Made by a program: the position numbers and the translations under genes
In this document: in pieces, positions 59,989 to 64,000 of the stretch
Layout of the letters: each line of letters starts with the position of its first letter
Position numbering within the stretch: position 1 is the stretch's first letter
Origin: an uncultured Verrucomicrobiae bacterium
Lineage (GTDB): Bacteria > Chlamydiota > Chlamydiia > Chlamydiales > Rhabdochlamydiaceae
DNA length: 64,000 nucleotides
Reading direction: 5' to 3'
NCBI GenBank assembly: GCA_963806855.1
Contig: CAWDYW010000001.1
Span: 832,001-896,000, forward strand
Notes under the pieces: generated by a model
The model's input: the letters and a program-made list of their open reading frames with translations, nothing else
What the model was told of the DNA's origin: nothing
Database searches by the model: none

Positions 59989-61443
59989 TCAGGCCCAAAA
60001 GGGGAGATAGGAAGCTCCCTTACCAGAAGTTGCTTCTCCATAGGGCTTGACAAGACCCGCTTCAATACAGTCTCTAATAATGCGGGAAACCATTGAATAG
60101 TTGGGTTGCGAGATACCCAGCCGCTGGCGAAAAGAGGCATTCGACATTCTTCCTCCTAAAATATACCGGAGACTTGCATGCTGGTAACACGCTCGAATGC
60201 GCTCTTCAAAATCCATTTGCCCAAATTGACGAGGCCCGTAGATAAGCGCAATTGTACTTTGGGATGTTGTACGAAAATCGGGAGCAGGAAGTTGGGATAA
60301 TTCGATTTCAGCGATCACTTTATCTATGCCGCTGCCTCTCTCTTCACAAAGATTCAATCTTCTCATGAATTTTGCCAGAGCTTCATTTCTAGATGTTGGC
60401 GGCTCGTCAAGAAAGCGAAGTGTTTCAATAAGAGGAAGCCCAGGACTTGATATTTCTACTCTATTTTCAAAAATCTCCACCATTGGCCCCATCCCTCGTT
60501 TTGAAAAATCTTGATGAATCAATGCATTTGCAATCAACTCACGAATTGCAATGACAGGATACATGCGAATCGATCTACGAAATGTGTGATCTATCTTCTC
60601 ATTTTGAGGCAACTGATCATTGGTATAATCTACAATTTCATTAAAACTAATTGCATATCCTTTATGAAACTCATGCTCTTTGATACCCTCAATGCGACTA
60701 TTGCCTCGATAAATAATAACTCGTGGGGATTTTCTAACAAGATGATCAAAATCTTCAAAATTCTTAGCAAAGAGAATGGCGCCTAAGTTTGTAATATCAT
60801 AATAACTACTCTCTCTGCGAATAATGATTCCTTCCGCTTCCAATCTTTGGAAAATCCCTGAATGCGATGCGGGAAGCGGCTGTCGAGTTAATTCAAAATA
60901 TGCAGAAATATCTATCAAAGAAAGAATCTCTGATTCCAATACTCCATCTTTCGCCATCCCTTTTTCAAATAGAACTCTGTCAAATCTACGCCAAAGTTCT
61001 CGTTCTTTTTCTGGGCAATCCTTTAATTTTTTCTTGTAGCTTCCTATCCGAATATATTCTGTCCCTTTAAAGCTAACAGGCCTATTACTGGCAGGCATAA
61101 TCTCAAAAAGAACAACACATTTCCCATCGATTACATTTTCATAAATGCGATAATCCACTTGTGGATCCATCTGCATAAAAAGCCAGCTCTCGAGTTCTTG
61201 ATTGCCAATTTTTGTCTCCCGAGGTCGAAACGAAGTGCCAAGAATTTGACGATGCAGATCTTCTACACCCCAGAGTATGTAAGCCCGTTGTTTCCCAATT
61301 AATGTCGCTGAGTTGGCAAGAGCGGAAATATTTTCTCCAATTTCATGAGGGTCAGCATTGTTATATTTCAACTCTAACCATTCATTTTCACTAGGGAGAA
61401 CAACGAGCTGTCGCACCAGATTGTGAAATTGAGCATTATTCAT
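59989..61443 (-). CDS. Schlafen/AlbA_2 domain + HATPase_c_4 + winged-helix protein
   Basis: ENEWLELK, ALAN, GVED; A.RE..ANA..H.D, EI.SPG, RN, E.RGSG. Confidence 0.85.
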   Translation of the reverse strand: MNNAQFHNLVRQLVVLPSENEWLELKYNNADPHEIGENISALANSATLIGKQRAYILWGVEDLHRQILGTSFRPRETKIGNQELESWLFMQMDPQVDYRIYENVIDGKCVVLFEIMPASNRPVSFKGTEYIRIGSYKKKLKDCPEKERELWRRFDRVLFEKGMAKDGVLESEILSLIDISAYFELTRQPLPASHSGIFQRLEAEGIIIRRESSYYDITNLGAILFAKNFEDFDHLVRKSPRVIIYRGNSRIEGIKEHEFHKGYAISFNEIVDYTNDQLPQNEKIDHTFRRSIRMYPVIAIRELIANALIHQDFSKRGMGPMVEIFENRVEISSPGLPLIETLRFLDEPPTSRNEALAKFMRRLNLCEERGSGIDKVIAEIELSQLPAPDFRTTSQSTIALIYGPRQFGQMDFEERIRACYQHASLRYILGGRMSNASFRQRLGISQPNYSMVSRIIRDCIEAGLVKPYGEATSGKGASYLPFWA

Positions 61444-61542
61444 ATTTTATCCAAAAAGATACGAATGATAATACTGCCTTGCCCCTACATTATCAAGAAT
61501 TTATTTTCCCCAATATTGCAAAGTCGTGGAGGTGAGATTAGA

Positions 61543-62136
61543 TTACGATAATATTTTTATGCAACTTTCTTCGTAGAGAAATGTCACAACTTGTCCATTC
61601 TGTATTTTGGTTGAAGACCAGTCGTGATTGGCGAGATGGACGAGAAGGGCCCGAATGACGCCGCCATGTGTAACGATCAAGACATCATCGTCGAGATGTT
61701 TTTGTGCAATGAGTTCCAGCGCGGGGAGTACTCTTTGGATCACTTCATAGCCCGACTCGACATCGGGGACGAATTTATAGTGCAGCTTTTCTAAATTGGA
61801 AAGTCCGTGATGCGTTGCCAGATCAAATCGATGTCCATATTGCGCTTCGATTTCGGCAAAGGTTTTTCCTTCCAAACCTCCGTAGCAGGTCTCTTTCAGC
61901 TGAGTGAATAGTTCAATGTGCTGATCTCTGCTGCCGCGGATGATTTCGGCAGTCTCGACAGCGCGTTTTAAATGGGAAGAATAGATCCCTGCAAATTGCA
62001 AATCCTTGAGCGCCTTGGCTGTCTCTGCAGCTTGTAGACGCCCCCTCTCATTGAGAGGGATGTCTTGGGATCCCTGGTAACGTTTTTGGACGTTCCAATC
62101 GGTTTCGCCATGCCGAACGAGGTGCAGTCTTGCCAT
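61543..62136 (-). CDS. Histidine phosphatase (phosphoglycerate mutase family)
   Basis: RHGET.WN, S.L.RA.ETA, THGG. Confidence 0.92.
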   Translation of the reverse strand: MARLHLVRHGETDWNVQKRYQGSQDIPLNERGRLQAAETAKALKDLQFAGIYSSHLKRAVETAEIIRGSRDQHIELFTQLKETCYGGLEGKTFAEIEAQYGHRFDLATHHGLSNLEKLHYKFVPDVESGYEVIQRVLPALELIAQKHLDDDVLIVTHGGVIRALLVHLANHDWSSTKIQNGQVVTFLYEESCIKILS

Positions 62137-62138
62137 AA

Positions 62139-64000
62139 CTATTTTTTCGCAGGTGCAGGGAGCAGAGCCTTGTGGCTGAGCCGGACCTTGCCTTCTTTGC
62201 TCACTTCGAGCACTTTGACCTCAAGCTCTTGCCCTTCCTTAAACCCAGCTTTGCGGATATCTTCGATTCTCTCATGAGAGAGCTCAGAGACATGGCATAG
62301 CCCTTCCTGACCGAAGATAGCGACAAAGACTCCGAAGGCGACGATCGATACGATTTTCCCTTTGTAGACTTTGCCCTCTTCCACCTCGGCGGTGAGGTCG
62401 TGGATGATCTTTTTGGCTTTCTCCATCGCTTCGTGGGTCGTCGCAGTGATGCTGACGAGGCCGGTGTCGTCGATGTTGATCTCGGCTCCTGTCTCTTCGA
62501 CGATAGCGCGGATCTGTTTTCCGCCTGGACCGATGACGACTCCGATCTTGCTCGGCTTGACTTGAATCGAATCGATTCGTGGAGCGTATTGGGAGAGGTG
62601 TTGGTTGGGTTTTGGACAGGCCTCAAGCATTTTCTGCAAGATGTGGATCCGCCCCTCTTTTGCCTGAGCGAGTGCCAGACGCATGATATTGTGAGTGATC
62701 CCTTCGATCTTGATGTCGAGCTGGAAGGCGGTGATCCCTGTCTCGTTACCGGCGACTTTGAAGTCCATATCACCCAGGGCATCTTCTGCGCCGAGGATGT
62801 CCGAAAGGATTGCAAAGCGCTCCCCTTCAAGAATGAGTCCCATGGCGATTCCGGCGATCGGATGTTTAATCGGAATACCGGCATCCATCATAGCCAGACA
62901 GCCGCCGCAAACAGAGGCCATCGACGAGGATCCATTCGACTCGGTAATATTGGATTCAATGCGGACAACGTAGGGGAATGATTCGCGTGCAGGAAGGGTG
63001 GCGGTCAGTGCTCTTTCCGCTAGCTTCCCGTGGCCGATTTCTCTTCGTCCTGGCGCTCCAAATCTTCCCACTTCACCCACAGAGGAGGGAGGGAAAAAAT
63101 ATTGGAGGTAGAAGCGTTTGCCCCCTTCTCCATCGAGCGATTCGTACCGTTGGGCCATTGTCTCGCCACCGAGGGTCGTTACGCAGAGTGCCTGCGTCTC
63201 GCCGCGGGTGAAGACGACGCTGCCGTGGGTGCGAGGGAGGTAGCTCATGTCGATCGAGATCGGACGAACTTCGTCAGTTCTGCGGCCGTCGGAGCGGACC
63301 TTCTCAGTGAGGATCATCTCGCGCATAATATTAGCTTGAAGCTTCTTATAGGCGGCTGCCACTTCCATTTCGGGATGGCTTGGATCTCCCTCTTTAGGGC
63401 AGAGCTTTGCAAATAGGGCAGCTTTGATCCTGTCGAGTGACATTTCCCGATCTTTTTTGCTGGCGATCCGGAGCGCTTTTTCAATGTCATCTTTGGCAAA
63501 TGCGCTCACTTCGCGGGCGATCACTTCTGAAGAGAACATCAATGTGTCGAGCTTTTTGGTTTTTCCAATCAGATTTTGCCAGTCGCCTAGCTTTCGGCAA
63601 ATCTCTTGGATCGCCTTATGTCCCTCTTCAACTGCCTCAAGGATCTGCTCTTCGGTGAGGAAGTCGCAAAACCCTTCGATCATCAAGATTGCCTCTTCGG
63701 TCCCGGCGAGCATCAAGTCGAGACGCGATTTCTCCATCTCTTGCTTTGTGGGATTGATGATGAATCTCTCGCCGACCAGCGCCACTTGCACCCCGGCAAC
63801 CGGCTTCACGAGCGGGATATCGGAGATCACCAGCGCAGCCGAGGCGGCGCAGATTGCGAGTGGATCGGGCATGTGGGTTCCATCATAGGAGAGAACGTAA
63901 GTTAGAATTTGAAGGTCGTGATGGTAGCCATCGGGGAACATCGGACGAATCGGTCTATCGATGAGACGGCAAGTTAAAATTTCCTTTTCCGTTGGCCGCC
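62139..64000 (-). CDS. pnp: Polyribonucleotide nucleotidyltransferase (5' end outside the window)
   Basis: RLIDRPIRP, FTRGETQ, RREIGHG, ESNGSSS, GDMDFK, KH and S1 domains. Confidence 0.98.
   Translation of the reverse strand, partial: RPTEKEILTCRLIDRPIRPMFPDGYHHDLQILTYVLSYDGTHMPDPLAICAASAALVISDIPLVKPVAGVQVALVGERFIINPTKQEMEKSRLDLMLAGTEEAILMIEGFCDFLTEEQILEAVEEGHKAIQEICRKLGDWQNLIGKTKKLDTLMFSSEVIAREVSAFAKDDIEKALRIASKKDREMSLDRIKAALFAKLCPKEGDPSHPEMEVAAAYKKLQANIMREMILTEKVRSDGRRTDEVRPISIDMSYLPRTHGSVVFTRGETQALCVTTLGGETMAQRYESLDGEGGKRFYLQYFFPPSSVGEVGRFGAPGRREIGHGKLAERALTATLPARESFPYVVRIESNITESNGSSSMASVCGGCLAMMDAGIPIKHPIAGIAMGLILEGERFAILSDILGAEDALGDMDFKVAGNETGITAFQLDIKIEGITHNIMRLALAQAKEGRIHILQKMLEACPKPNQHLSQYAPRIDSIQVKPSKIGVVIGPGGKQIRAIVEETGAEINIDDTGLVSITATTHEAMEKAKKIIHDLTAEVEEGKVYKGKIVSIVAFGVFVAIFGQEGLCHVSELSHERIEDIRKAGFKEGQELEVKVLEVSKEGKVRLSHKALLPAPAKK

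Overview
Bacterial chromosome segment, most consistent with an environmental Chlamydiota genome. This is inferred from the gene set and order (tilS-ftsH, lptF/lptG, rplM-rpsI, a NUE-like SET protein, tRNA-Ala/tRNA-Ile outside an rRNA operon, many orphans with N-terminal membrane anchors), not from a search. Bases 1-13.1 kb form an AT-rich accessory zone downstream of a minus-strand tRNA-Thr/tRNA-Tyr pair. It holds two complete ~6-kb tandem islands and the start of a third. Each is bounded by a displaced 3' half of tRNA-Tyr and a conserved 135-bp arm, no integrase is present in the window, and arrays of a 137-bp tRNA-Tyr-derived palindromic unit with alternating hairpin spacers are interleaved. 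Island cargo includes a DapF-like epimerase/AGCS transporter/Dtd set, a TA pair, a SET gene between Tn21-like IRs, effector-like genes and gene debris. The rest is mostly core genes (adk, aspS-YbaK, mdh, gltA, hflX, radC, mtaB, ligA, miaB, rplM, rpsI, lptFG, tilS, ftsH, pnp). It also carries a NADAR/Mesh1/RtcB/ThpR-archease cluster, an islet inserted with a duplicated gltA 3' end, several intergenic palindrome families and a Schlafen/AlbA_2 gene. Frameshifts in rtcB, thpR-archease and ftsH suggest the assembly contains indel errors. All family calls come from motif recognition by eye; no database searches were run.
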